Source: Chrysomallon squamiferum
Lineage: Eukaryota > Animalia > Mollusca
Assembly (NCBI GenBank): GCA_012295275.1
Contig: CM022672.1
Coordinates: 14,880,001 to 14,944,000, forward strand
DNA length: 64,000 nucleotides
Reading direction: 5' to 3'
The position numbers and the translations under genes are program-made. A model generated the notes under the pieces. That model was given only the letters and a program-made list of their open reading frames with translations, made no database searches and was not told where the DNA came from. Positions 1 to 13,268 of this stretch are shown here, in pieces; the first letter of the stretch is position 1, and the number at the start of each line of letters is the position of its first letter.

Positions 1-202
1 ATTTTTGAAATATATATATATATATATATCATTATTATTATTCTGATACTTCAGACCTTTTCTTCCGCAATTCCATAAAACCCTTAATCTTTAATAGGGT
101 CAGGATCAAGTACAAAAGATATTTCGAATGTTATTTTCTAATACGAGAGAAAGAAAAAAAAAAAAAAAAAAATTAAATCAGTAGAGCTGCTATTATTATT
201 AC

Positions 203-246
<44 letters not shown>

Positions 247-749
247 GGTTGTGTTACAATTCTCAAAAGTACTCGCTTTTATCGAATTTGACCTCATAAT
301 TATGTATTTTTACATTTTATGACCTCACTGAACAAGAAAGAAAAAAATGCTTGAAATTTAATATAATTAATATTGTGAAACAGGCTTTTCATTTATATGA
401 TTAATTTTATAATATTTTTAAATTTGTAAATACCTTATTGATAATAAGTATTTTGCATAAAAATAAACAATGTCTGTTTAAATTTTGAATCTGACGTTGA
501 AAATAAAAGCAGGTTTCGGGTCGATGGCCTATGTTCGAGAAAATAGTGCGATTTGTGGTGTTACGGTTCCTAAAACATTAATTCGATGAATGAAACGATA
601 CGTGTTAAATAAAAAAATGGTGAAATTTCTTACTACGAATTTGAAAAATAATAATAAATTTTAAATTTTTGATCGCATTATCAGTAAACTGAAGGTTAAA
701 TTCAAATCTGTTCAATAACAATCCGCCACGATGCAGTTTAAGAATACTA

Positions 750-835
750 AATCTGACGTCATCAATAATTATAATCGCGTGCATTATTGTTTTGACGTCA
801 CGTAACGACCAAGAACTGTCAGGCGCCATTGTTTT
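750..835 (+). promoter_or_regulatory. Putative proximal promoter of the SoxH-like gene with two perfect CRE palindromes and Sox sites
   Basis: TGACGTCA at 754-761 and 793-800; Sox-type ATTGTT near 785-790 and CATTGTT at 827-833; CpG-containing sequence about 100-170 bp upstream of ATG 927. Confidence 0.45.
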
Positions 836-926
836 AGAATTTTGTAAATTCTTTCAAAATTTTCAATAAATATCTATTCAAGTCGATGTCCAAGCGATAC
901 TTTTGTTGTTAGCAGACCCACTGAAG

Positions 927-2432
927 ATGAGAAAACGTCGATGTGTTGAAAAACCTGCAGGCACGAGACGAACAAGGTCAACTGCGTGCAGAAGTGACTC
1001 TATCGAGGCTGAGAGCAAAGGGGACGCCGAGTCTCGCGTCCTGTCTGTTGAAAATGGCGAGGTTACCAATGAAACGCCCGCCGTTATACCATCAAAAGAC
1101 GAAGAAATGGAAAATGAACGCAGAGATCTCGAAGAGCTCATGAGGGTTTTAGAAATGGTGCGGAAGACAGAAATAAGCCAAGGTGACAAAAGTAAAGATT
1201 TATTATTATTTTTTTTTTAATTACAAACTTTTAAGGTCCATGTATTGTGATATCTATATAATTAAATTAATATTTTCCTAATCGATCAGTATTTTTATTT
1301 TCGTTAATTCTTTGCTTAAAGTTAATATTTAAAATTTTAAATGTAAACATGTTTTTAAAATTCAGTTGAAATTAGCGGGTTTTTTTTTTAACTTACGAAT
1401 TTTGTGTTAAGTTAATCGATTGGGAGATAAAACTGAAGATAAAGGATCGAGAATAAAGTATACACAGTCGTGATGATACTAAAGTCAATTTGATAATCCA
1501 TTACATAAGATACTTGCTACTATTGTTTTTCTCTTAAATCTGATGTTTGTGTAACAGTTTAAAAATAAATACATTATTATATTGTTGAATCTAAATATAA
1601 GTAAGAACGGTATAGTTGTGCTGTTTCTGTTAATTTCAAGTATCAGTTTAAATATAAGACTATTTCTTTCTCTTTTTTTTTAAAATCATTTTATTTAAAT
1701 TTAATTTACAAATATGAAAGTGAAGACTTGTATTTTATGTGTTATCCGAATGTCATTTTAAACTTTAAATGAACCAATCCCTTCTGAAGTTATTTGAGGA
1801 AATAACTGAAATTAACGATAGATATTTAAAGAAAATTAATTATAGTTAGATTCCGCAGACGACTTGAGAGTCGTTTTATAAAACGTCACAGCACAACAAG
1901 TTATTTTACGTCACAGACTTCCTGCCACGTCATCATTTGGATGTAGCGTATACAGTGTTACAACAAACACTGCTGAATAATCGAGACGCACTTACATGTA
2001 CTAATAAATTATAGAGTGTCTCACATCTGACATTTTAATTTCCCAATGAACACGTGCTTTTTAAAGCACATGTTTTTGTTTTTTCTTATATTAATTAGTC
2101 TGACAAACACACACAAATACAAATTAAAATATTAAAAAAGCATTCGTCTATCGGCTCTGTATAAAAAAATCGGGGCCAACAACAGATTATTTTGCGTCCT
2201 AAGGCAAGGTCAACTACCTGAATCCCCTCAAAAAAGAATTGCAACTCACTGAGGCCAGTGCCCTCTGCGGCTGTCTGGTGCTAGTAGCACCAACCCCAAT
2301 TATAATGTAATGATGTCAAACTGGAAATTAATCAGTCATTTTAATTCGATACTTCGGTTATTTGTTTTATTTACTTCAATTGTCCTTATTTGAATATTTA
2401 AAAAAATGTTACACTCATTATCCCTTTCTGTT

Positions 2433-2505
<73 letters not shown>

Positions 2506-5500
2506 GAGAGACTAGATATTGTTGAAAAGACTAGATATTAGAAACAGATAAAATAACTGCAAAAATAAAACTATATTTCCAATGATGAAATTAACTGAAT
2601 TATATAGAAACAAACTGGTCGGGAATCAGGGGGTCAATCGTCGCTTGCCGACCCCCCCCCAGCTGCCTGGATCTGCGCACGTTATTTTAGCAGTATATTC
2701 ACGACCCTGCCGTTGCACTTCTTACATACCCAGTAGATCTGCCTCGTAAGTGGAGACTAATCTTTAATTGTTCTTGTCAACAGAGGTGTTAAGGGTGAAA
2801 AAACGATCTGACTTCAAATTACCGATGAAAGCATTCATGACTTGGGAACGACTGGAGCGACCGAGAATGTTCATCAGATTTCCAGACACCAGTCGAAAAG
2901 AGATGAGCACCCTGCTTGGTCTGATGTGGAGGAAGATGGGGACTGGGGAGAAAAAAGTCTTCTATTTAATGACCGACAGAGATAACGATAAAAAAGGTAT
3001 TAAAAGAAACTATATACGTAGGATTTATGATGATGATGGTGTTAAAGAAAATGATAATGATTATTCTGATTATTCTGCTGCTCGAGATAACAACAGCTGT
3101 TTTAGAGCTAATGGAAGTACAAATGAAATAATCGTTGTAACTTAGGGGACGCCATAAACACACAAAAAACACATGTGAAACAATTTTATAAGAATATAAT
3201 TATATCATAACGAATGACGTATAGGCCAGAATAACCGTCTGTACAAAACCAGACTAATACAGCAGCTAGACTCATTGAATTTTTTCTTCTGGTTTTCTTT
3301 ATAGCTATTTACTTATATTTTGTTTTCCTTATTAGTAACTTTTATATTCTCTTTTTCTTCTCCTTAATTTTTTTTTATAGTAAAAAACAACATTTCAGGC
3401 AATGCAGATGAAGACTACTCAAAACGGGAAAAGTCGGATTATAGTTCGATGGCAGACGGCGAAAAGGCTGAGCAACTGAGCGTCAGGAGTAACGATTCCT
3501 CAGACAAAGAGACGAAGTCGGATTCACATGGGTCGAAACGACTGTTAAAAAAGGAAGTCGACGAAAGTGCGGGAAGTAAAAAAACAAGCGCCCAGAAGTC
3601 TAAAGAGACCAAGAAGTCTAACGTCCAAGATAAAGAAGTCACGTCTGAGGGTTTACCGAAGTCGCCCAGCACGTCTGCAGGTCATCATCAGGAGAAAGAG
3701 AGTTCGAAAAAATCCACCAAACGAGTACAAAAACATACAGAAAAGGATTCGAGTAATGGTCAGAATCACAGTAACACTTCGGGCGGTCGATCTAATAACG
3801 CAGCGGATTCGTCTCATTCGACACAGTCTTCTGGCAAACATGCTAACGTCAAGGGCAGCAGTGGCAAAAAAGTCAAATCAGGTGTGAACAAGATTTCAGA
3901 CATTCATTCAGCAGGTCGCATTGAGCTTCCAAGCAGTGTCTGCTCTTTCAAAAGCATTAAATCTGAAAACGTCCAAAATGTCCCATCTTTTGAGTACAGC
4001 ACCAATGACCAGCCACTGAACTACACTTCCGGAAAAAATATCCAGCCTTCCAAATCTGCAGTCCAGATATCAACAGCCAGCCAGTCTTTTATAAACGTCA
4101 GATCTGACAACAGCGATATTTCCGTTAACAGCGTGCACCAGGTGGACAGTGGAGTGTATTCCTGTAACAGTGACCAGTCAGTCAGCGATGTTTCAGTTAG
4201 AAACAGTCATTCCACGGGGGCAGCGAGCACAGATGCTTCAAGTAACAGTAACAATGTCTCCATGCCAGTAAATCTTACAAACAACATCGGGGCGCAGTTT
4301 TGCGGAAGTTTCAGTTTCTTTGGCAACAAAAATATTCCTTATATTCCAGTTAATCACTCATTTGAAAAAACGCCGACTATAATGAACACCATATTGTTCC
4401 CTGGAAGCAGACTGATTCCAGAAAGTTTGAGTGTGAACCATCCCAATATATCGACACCCGGTTTCAGCCAGGTGTATAACTTGAAACAGCCTGAAACAGC
4501 AACCACCCGGCCAAACAGCGAGATACCACTGTCCAAGTCGACGACAACCGAAGAAAAATCTTGTGCGAGCCAAGAAAGCAAAACAAACAGAAATTCTCCA
4601 GATACAAAACAGAAGTCCGAAGTAACTGGCAGCAACCAGAAAACAGATTTCGTGGAAGAGGACTTTGACTATGGTGATGACGAAGATGACTTTCCTCATC
4701 TGGTTATAGACGATTCCCGCGAAAATCAGACGCCAGAGTCGAATCCAGAAAACCCGTCTAACGGAGAAGTAGGTGAAGACGTAAAAGACGCCGCGTCCGA
4801 CAGCACTGACGCTGTGCTTGGGAAACCAACTTCTTCAGCAGGTCAAGACGAAATGGACAAAGAGTCAAATCAAAGCTCCCAGTCACAGCCAACATCAGCT
4901 TCAGAAACGCTTCAAACGGTCACTTACGTCTTCAGACAAAACCAAGAAAACTTATATTCAACTACACGCATCCCGACTATTACTCAGTTGCCGCGTGCAC
5001 CAGTGCAGCATGTCAAAGACTTGCACAAACCGATAGCAAAGATGACGATAATGCCGACAACTACGACGACGACTACAACAAAAGCCAAAGCTTTTGACGA
5101 TATCAAATTAGCAAATATCAGCTCACTCGCTCCTGAAGGTGAATCCGATTTCGCAGACGTCAGTACCATGTGCGAGAATATTTTAAATCAAAACTGTCTT
5201 GTAACTCCGCTCGGAAAAAGCCCAGACGAAACATCTACGGAAATTTCTCTGGTTGAAAAACTGAATCAATCGTACATGCAATACAGGAGTTCTAAATTTA
5301 CACCAGCCCCGTTATTGAACAAGAAAGGTTATTTCATTCCTCGCAAGAAGCCGTACATTACACATTCAAAGCCCAGTTATTCCAGTCAGGTCAAATCTTC
5401 GACAGCTCCAGTCTACACAAGCTCGGGAATGCATGGCTGGAACCACAGCATGTCCATGCAAAAATCGTACTTCATACGACCTGTTGGGAATAACCCGTAC

Positions 5501-5834
5501 GTTCTTTACCAGTCGCGTCAACAGCCGCAGACGTTGCTTGCAGCACAGGAAGCAGAAAGCAGCAGTTGTGCAGCCGGCAAAGAAGACGAGAAGGGTGGTG
5601 CGAAGTTAAAAGACTTGCCCAGCATTCTTCTTCAAGAAAGCAAATTAGCGAAACCAAGAATCATAGGTCCTTTGTCTGCAAGTGCTCTGGAGAGCGTCCT
5701 GTCCTTTTCACCAACTCCAAGTAGATTAGACAAATCGGGGAATGCTATCCCAGTTTCAAAATTTGTTCCAGGTAAACGAGCATTTGGAATAATGGAATAA
5801 AGATGTAGACTGAATAATAATAATGATAATGATG

Positions 5835-5871
<37 letters not shown>

Positions 5872-5890
5872 TAATAATAATAACAATAAC

Positions 5891-5962
<72 letters not shown>

Positions 5963-8574
5963 AAGAAGAAGAAGAAGAAGAAAAAGAAGAAATAAATAAA
6001 TATTTACTTTCGTACGGTCACGGACAAGGGATGAATGATATACACTGACTGTCATAACCCCCATCATGTCCTCTATTTCGTTTCTTCCTTTTTTTTTCTT
6101 TTTTTCTTTTTTTCATCCCTTTTTTATTTTCTCTACTGAAACGAAACATTCATATAAATTATACTTTTAACAATTTCATTATTATGCCATTTAAAACTTG
6201 ATAGTAAAAAGAAAAACAAATAATAAAACAATAAAACAATAAAAAAAAAAAAAAGTTATTTAAATCTAGTATACCTTTTCCTTTTTCCTTTTTTTTTATT
6301 TTTATTTTTTATTTTTATTTCATTCATTCATTATTAACTGTTGTCGTTGTTGTTGTTGTTGTTTCACTTACACGCTTTTAACTCAGAATTTTATCATTTT
6401 TAAAATCGTTTTGATTCAGGCACAAGAGAGATGTACCGTGACACTGGTATGGGCAATATCAACAAGAACGGGAATATTAAACGTCCTATGAACGCCTTCA
6501 TGGTGTGGGCTCGCTCCTACCGGGGACATCTGACGATGCTGTATCCAAACGAGAGCAACAAACTCGTCAGTCAGCGACTGGGGGACATGTGGAAGAAGAT
6601 GTCGTTGGAGGACAAGCAGCCGTACTACCGCGAGGCAGACAGAATCAAACGACAGCACAGAGAAGATTATCCAGGTAATGGATATTCTGAATTGAGAATG
6701 AATTTTTTGGTTCGGTGAATGATTTTTTTTTTTTTTTTTTTAATGAATAAATTAGTACCATCATGTTGATGTTTAACAATAATTAACTGTAATGAGAATA
6801 CTTGATGTGCGTGTGAATGTGATTGTAACATTTCGAAAGAAGAGACGTTATTTATAAAATCTTACGCTTTAAGCATAAAATGTAACAAAATCTGTTTTAT
6901 ATCTATCTACCCATAGTTCCTTAAATAAGTTAAAAATAAAATAAAAAAATAAAAAAATAAAAAATAAAAAAAGAAAATCGGTCAATAAATAAATCAATCA
7001 ATCAATAATTAATAATAATTAATCCATTAATTATTATTATTATTATTAATTTTATTTTTTTATTTATTTATTATTTTCCCAAATGTTTCTATGAAATTTT
7101 ATTAAAAAAAAAAAATATATATATATATAAAATAAAAGATTTTGGATATTTAACCAAATTAATTTCACAGACTGGAAGTACAAACCGAACACTCCGAAAT
7201 CTCGGCCTGAGAAAATGGGGACCCACGACGTCCTGTGGGCACGCTTCATCGGCGCTACGGAATCGCTGGACGAACCTTCGTCGTCCAAGAAACTTAAATT
7301 CGGTTCGTCGAAAAACGGACCGTCTCTGAGCAAGCTGGGCGTTCCGTTCAGCGATGCCAAGAATAAAAATAATCCGGACATAAAGAAGAGAAGCTACCCG
7401 CTGCCCCTACCGGACAAAGTGAAGAAGTTCGAGAAAACGGCCAAACCAGACGAGAATGCTGCGGACAGAGCCGTCGACTGCAGCACGAAATTTCAGTTCG
7501 GTCAGAAGTCGAGTAACAATCCTGGCCTCAGCGTTTCGATTGCACAGTCAGGCGACGCCAAAATTACTTTTCCAAATACAAATACAGTGACCATGAGCCA
7601 GGACGTAAAACCGTACGGACAACCACCAGTGCTTAACTACAAGCACTGGCGGTCTCTCCGCGCTGGGAAACCCAATGATGAAATATTACACGCCTGCTTC
7701 TTGCGAGATGCTTTCCGTTCCGAAGATAAGCACGATAAGGCCTTGTCTCATCAAAACCAGCACCTGGAATCCCGCGAAACCGCCTTGTATTTCGCAAGCT
7801 CCGTTTGTCTCTTTTAACACCAGCACGATTAGTTTAGACAAAAGCAGCAGCACTGCCAGCAGCATAAGAACCACGGTTGTGGGTAACGAAAGTGGCGTCA
7901 AATCTCTCCATTATCCCTCTTTTGGACAGAATCTCTTGAACAATATCCCATTCAATTTCCACATACCGTCTCAGCCGCCACAATTTGTGACACAGTACAT
8001 GCCTTTAGACTTTCCAAGCAAAGCTACGATAAATACAACGGAAGCCTCGAAGTTTTCAAGTTTTTACACGGCTAAACCAACGACTACTCTGAGCACAAAA
8101 CAGCTGACCAGATTACTGCCCGGCGAAGTGACTAAAGTTCTACCAGAACCCAGCATCACTGCTAAAACAGACAAACCTAAAGAAAACGTGACGAGTGCAG
8201 CGAGCTTACCAAGCAGCTCGAGTACTCCAGCTCTGGGCGATGCCGCTTCGTACGTGTCGTCGGTGTTGAAGTCACCTCGTCTCGTTTACACCCCAGTTTC
8301 TGCTGAGCACGTTGCTACTCCGGTGCAGCCTTCGTTCTCCTCGTTTGTCAGAGTTCCGTCCACCACAAGCACCACACACATGATCACCATGCCCGTGATT
8401 TCAGCAGAAACGTACAAGCAGCTTTTGGAGAAAGGGAATGCCGGTGGAAGTTACCTAACCAACACGTTGTCTCTGTTGCCACTGCAGTCGTCGTGGATAA
8501 AGCCAGCCACGACTACAGGTTTTACGTCGGTCACCACGTCGGGGGAAAAAATTAAAAACGAACGCCCTTCTTAA
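927..8574 (+). CDS. SoxH/Sox30-like HMG-box transcription factor with two HMG boxes; 5 coding exons; about 1253 aa as written (stop 7817) or about 1505 aa if the +1 frameshift in exon 5 is corrected (stop 8574)
   Basis: Exons 927-1182, 2784-2996, 3381(or 3399)-5771, 6420-6674 and 7171-7817/8574 join in frame through GT-AG introns, all phase 1. Exons 4/5 encode NGNIKRPMNAFMVWARSYR...LGDMWKKMSLEDKQPYYREADRIKRQHREDYP|DWKYKP (Sox signature RPMNAFMVW; the NG.(I/V)KRPMNAFMVWAR context resembles Sox30). Exon 2 encodes a degenerate box (KLPMKAFMTWERLER...LGLMWRKMGTGEKKVFY). The rest is S/T/P-rich low complexity. The start codon is the least certain part. Confidence 0.8.
2439..2500. repeat. (CT)n microsatellite
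   Basis: Perfect TC dinucleotide run in Sox intron 1. Confidence 0.95.
2784..2996 (+). CDS. Exon 2 of SoxH-like gene: degenerate HMG box 1
   Basis: Acceptor CAG ending 2783, donor GT at 2997; translation aligns by eye to the HMG consensus (P-M-x-A-F-M-x-W ... S-x-x-L-G-x-x-W-x-x-M ... E-K-x-x-F-Y) but lacks helix-3 tail residues. Confidence 0.75.
5813..5992. repeat. Compound (AAT)n/(AAG)n microsatellite
   Basis: Long AAT/GAT/AAC run followed by AAG run in Sox intron 3; source of spurious poly-L/poly-I ORFs. Confidence 0.95.
6420..6674 (+). CDS. Exon 4 of SoxH-like gene: canonical Sox HMG box 2
   Basis: TTCAG acceptor ending 6419, donor GTAATG at 6675; RPMNAFMVWAR motif; box completed by DWKYKP in exon starting 7171. 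Confidence 0.92.
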
Positions 8575-10128
8575 GCTGTTTACAAATCCTTCAGTAATTT
8601 CCAAAAAGAGAAGTTATACGTGTTATTAGCAATGCTTTGCCTGCTTGGATGTGTTCTAAAAGTTTAAACTTTCCGAGAAGAAAATAAATCATACTTTATT
8701 TGAAATTTAATTTTTTTAGAATTGACCACCAGCCTGCGCTAATAAGAACTGATTCTGTAAAGGAATATATTGACCTGTCATGTTGAGTTTCGCTTTCATG
8801 AAACTGAATTTTTTTAATAATGTTTTTTTTTTTTTCTTTTTTTATTTTCTATTTTTTGGCCTTGGAATCGGACTAGAGAGTCAAAAAAAAAAATAAAAAA
8901 TAAAAATAAAAAATCAGCAAAAAAAAAAAAAAAGTTTATTGACGATGTAATACGTTAATGACAGTCATTTTGTAGTTTTATTTAAATTTCTACAAAACTA
9001 TTACATAATTAGATTTACTTTTATAAAGTAAGCTTTTCTCATTTTCTACCTAGCCAAGAAGCTGCAGCTAGAGCTGTCGTTCCTGTTGCTAACGAAACAT
9101 TTGTGTTTAAATAGGAGTCTAGTTGTACTTATTATTTTGCTAAAACCTGAACGTAGGAAGGTCAAGTTCAGATGTTATGTTATGCGTATGTGTATGGACG
9201 TTTGTTTCAAGGAATCCAGACTTCACTAACACTTAACGGTTTTTTCTTTCGTCGATTCAACGTCTGAATTCGTAGAAAAACTTAAATTTAGATTTGAACT
9301 AGCAAGTTTATCTCTTTATTTTAGTTTGATATTGAACACGGCTTCTGCATGAAGTAACCGTTATTGTCGTTCTTAACAGGTTCTTTTTAAAAACGTTTTC
9401 ATTTACCGTTTGTAGCAGTTGATGTAGATTTGTTCAGAAAGTTTTAGTTAGTTATTCGTTGCAAAGTTTTAACATGAAATTGTTAAAGTAAAAGGTTAGT
9501 CAGGTGAGGGTTTTTGACACATGAAAGTATGTTACTTTTAAATCAACTTTTTTATTCTGATTTATGTACGTATATCTACGTACGTGTATATGTTAGTGCA
9601 AGGAAAATCTCACAGAAAAGAAAAATGTGTACGTTTGTCGCCATATTTGGCTGTATATGGATAATCCATTACTGATCAGAAACTGTATATTTTATTTGTC
9701 ACGGTAGACACGACTTAGTTTTCATATAACCTGAATCATATTCAAAATATATAAGATAAAAATAATGATAATAACAAATAAAAAAATATATAAATAATAT
9801 TTTAAAAAGTAAAAATAAAAATAACAGTAGAAAATAATCTTTAAAAATGGTTTACTGTTGTAGTGAGCTTCAAATTTTAAATGTTTGTTTTTTACATAAA
9901 CAAAATGTTCTAATTGTTTTTGAAATTTTAGACCAAATTGGTTTTCACAGTTTGTTTGTTGGCATTTACGTTTTGATGAACAATTAAAATTCAGAATTTA
10001 TTGGTGTTTGTTATTTTCTCAACTTCTTTTCTTATGTTATTAATTTATTTATTTTTTTATTTGTTTTGATTTGTTTGAATATATGGAGATGAAAATCGGG
10101 TAAAATTTAAGCTTGAAATCCCTATACG

Positions 10129-10165
<37 letters not shown>

Positions 10166-10335
10166 ACAATTTTATAAAACATTTCAAATAATTTTAGTGT
10201 ATGAACCAAAGCAACACTAAACTATCCCAAAACTATGGAGTATATCACCATCTCGACTGTTCAAAAAAAAGTTATTATTATCTTTGTTTTAATTGCTACT
10301 GCTGCTGTTTGTGCAGCAGTTGCTGTTGTATTAAA

Positions 10336-10389
<54 letters not shown>

Positions 10390-10423
10390 CATCATTATTA
10401 TTATCATCATTATCATTATTATT
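10336..10423. repeat. (ATT)n/(ATC)n microsatellite
   Basis: Direct inspection; similar runs at 10835-10912, 11120-11345, 12745-12810, 23866-23948, 41065-41148, 44695-44780. Confidence 0.9.
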
Positions 10424-10834
10424 AAATTTGTGGGAAACGGTTTTCATTGACAATTCAGAAATTAAATGTTAATGGAATAATAGCAGTAGTAGTTGTCATT
10501 GTTGTCATAGTAGTAGTAGTAATAGATTTTGTTTGTAATGAAAAAATGATACCTAAATGGTACTTATCGAAACAAATATGTTCTGAGTAAAAACGGTTAA
10601 AAATGTTAATATTATACGTTACAGATATTACTTCGGCAAACTAATTAATGAAAATATAACAAACAATGTCAGTACGCAGATTTTTATTCAGTAGACTGCC
10701 CACATACATACAAAAAAAAAAAAACGCTTGAGTTTCGTACAAATATTAGTAACAATATGATGACAACAAGCAACAAAGGCATTTAACACATTTCAAAAAC
10801 TGTAACAGATGAGTATTTTCCAGTTCTGTTTATT

Positions 10835-10912
<78 letters not shown>

Positions 10913-11311
10913 TTAAATGTATTCCAGTAAATATACCTATGCACAACAAATGCTAAAGATCGTTGTTTCTAACTTCATTCTGATTATTGCAGATGTTGCA
11001 GCATGCTTTAAAGTTGAACGACTAGAATTACAACATAAAAAAATGCATAATCCTAGCTAATAAATTATGCTTTAATTAAATGTGATGATTTGTCTTCATG
11101 TGCTGATGGTACCTGATTTTACAATAATAATAACAATAATGATAATAGTTGAGTAGTAGTAGTGGTAGTAGTAGTAGTGGTGGTAGCAGTAATAACAGTA
11201 ATAATAAATAATAATAATAATAGTAGTAGTATTAGTTGTAGTAGTTGTAGTAATAATTGTATTAGTAATAGTAATAATAACAATATTAGTAAAAATAACA
11301 ATAAAAATAAA

Positions 11312-11342
<31 letters not shown>

Positions 11343-12357
11343 AAAATCTCTCTGAAACGTTACTTTCTATCTAGGACACGTCTTTCTGGCTAACACGACG
11401 TCTGCGCTAACTGTTAGTTCTCTGTTGGAAATAAACTAAAACGTTCTTACACCCCCCGCACAGTTTCCTTTGTAAATAGCATGTAACGAAATAATCTTAG
11501 AATTTTGAAAGACATTTTGAAATATTTCAACAGCTTGCATGATTAGTATTTTAATGAAATACGTTGCATTAATTAAGTACTTACTGGTAATATTTATTTT
11601 CTATGTTTAATTACTAATATTTTAATTACATATACTAAGATTTCAAAAATTAATTTCTAAACTGTTAAAACATAATTATAAAGTTTAACACAGCTCAACA
11701 CATCACATGTCTTGAATTATCATTTTGTTTGTTTTGTTTATTTTATTTTATATTTATTATTTTTAAATTATTTCCTAGGTGAAGGTACGCTTGTGTATAT
11801 TCTAATATGTTTGTGTGTGCGTTTTTATTTATTTTATTTCTTGTAAATGTTGTTTGTTTGTTTGTATGTGGGGTTTTTTCTGTGTCATTACTCATAACAT
11901 AAATTAATAACATTTTTACTGTAACATATTCTTCAAATTAAACCAGCTATTAAAATACATCATTTAGTCGGTCAATACAAAATAAACGAAAGTTATACAA
12001 AGGCCACAAAAGGAGCGTAAAACGTTTTTTAATCAGAATGTGTGTAACGTTCAGATTCCAAAAACACGTCTTTAAAGTAGCAAGTCATTTAACCAATCCT
12101 GCTATTAGAACTGCGCATTTTATTCTGAGTTTGAGAATGCACAAAATGTTATGGTTTGAATAAGAAATACTGCAACTGAGCTGAAACGTGATTGGTCACA
12201 AGATCGAATCTCCTAGTGCTCATTCTACTCACTGTAATCACTGATAGTATTAAAGTTATTATCTATCTACGACAAGAAACGCAAAAAAATGCGTGTCCTT
12301 TGTTGTTAAACGGTAAGAGCAGCGATAGCGATTTTATACTGTTATCACCATAACACA

Positions 12358-12406
<49 letters not shown>

Positions 12407-12487
12407 CGCAAAGAGAAATATACAAATATACATATTTATATAACAATAACAACAGAAACAACAATAATAATAATAACAATTATAATA

Positions 12488-12526
<39 letters not shown>

Positions 12527-12740
12527 ATTAAATAAAAATAAATACATTTTTGCATGTTTGACACTTTATAAATGTCAGTGCGAGACTGCAGAGTCGTCCA
12601 TTTTTTTTTGTTTTTTAACTAAAACAAGTTTATATGAAAAGTGTCACCTTAAACATTTAGCCATTTGTCTTATCCCGGAGACTTCTATTTTAATGTGTTT
12701 TTCTTCTTTTATTACTTGTTTTTCTTTCGATTATTCTTGA

Positions 12741-12789
<49 letters not shown>

Positions 12790-13268
12790 CATCATCATCA
12801 TCATCATTATCACATGAAAAAATGTTTTCATTAAGCATGTAAAATTTGTGCATTCACATAATAATCATCTTCGCAAGGCATTATAACATCACATATAATG
12901 AATTCATTTAAATGTAATTTATACGCAGTGGCAGTTCTTCAGGATAAATGTCAACAATAACCATCAACAATATTTATCAGTATTTATCTTGATCAATCAA
13001 AAACAAAAATGTTCTAATCTCATAGATTTGCCTTATAAAAAAAAAAGTTCTAATTAAATTAAATTACAAACAAACAAATAAACACACAAATACACATATA
13101 AATAAATAAATAAATAAATAAATATAATAAAATAAAATAAAAAAAAAGAAAACGAAGTCAAATCCATCGGAAAGTAAACTGGCATTCAAAAATACGTAAA
13201 TTGTACAAGTAACATAACGAGAAAGTTAGTGGTTTTTCTTGTTTCATTTGTTATTCTTAAAAGTATTG

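Noticed and set aside
2165-2680. GC-rich patches resembling MITE ends in Sox intron 1
   Set aside because: Too short and degenerate; no paired TIRs or TSD could be identified without a repeat library.
3439-5657. Antisense and alternate-frame ORFs overlapping Sox exon 3 (also those over the zinc-finger, RING and NAGK exons)
   Set aside because: Shadow ORFs of GC-richer coding exons with no domain features.
5632-6067. Poly-Leu/poly-Ile/poly-Tyr ORFs here and at 10201-10450, 11119-11301, 12263-12547, 23783-24085, 33272-33642, 41062-41244
   Set aside because: Translations of (AAT)n/(AAG)n/(CA)n microsatellites, not genes.
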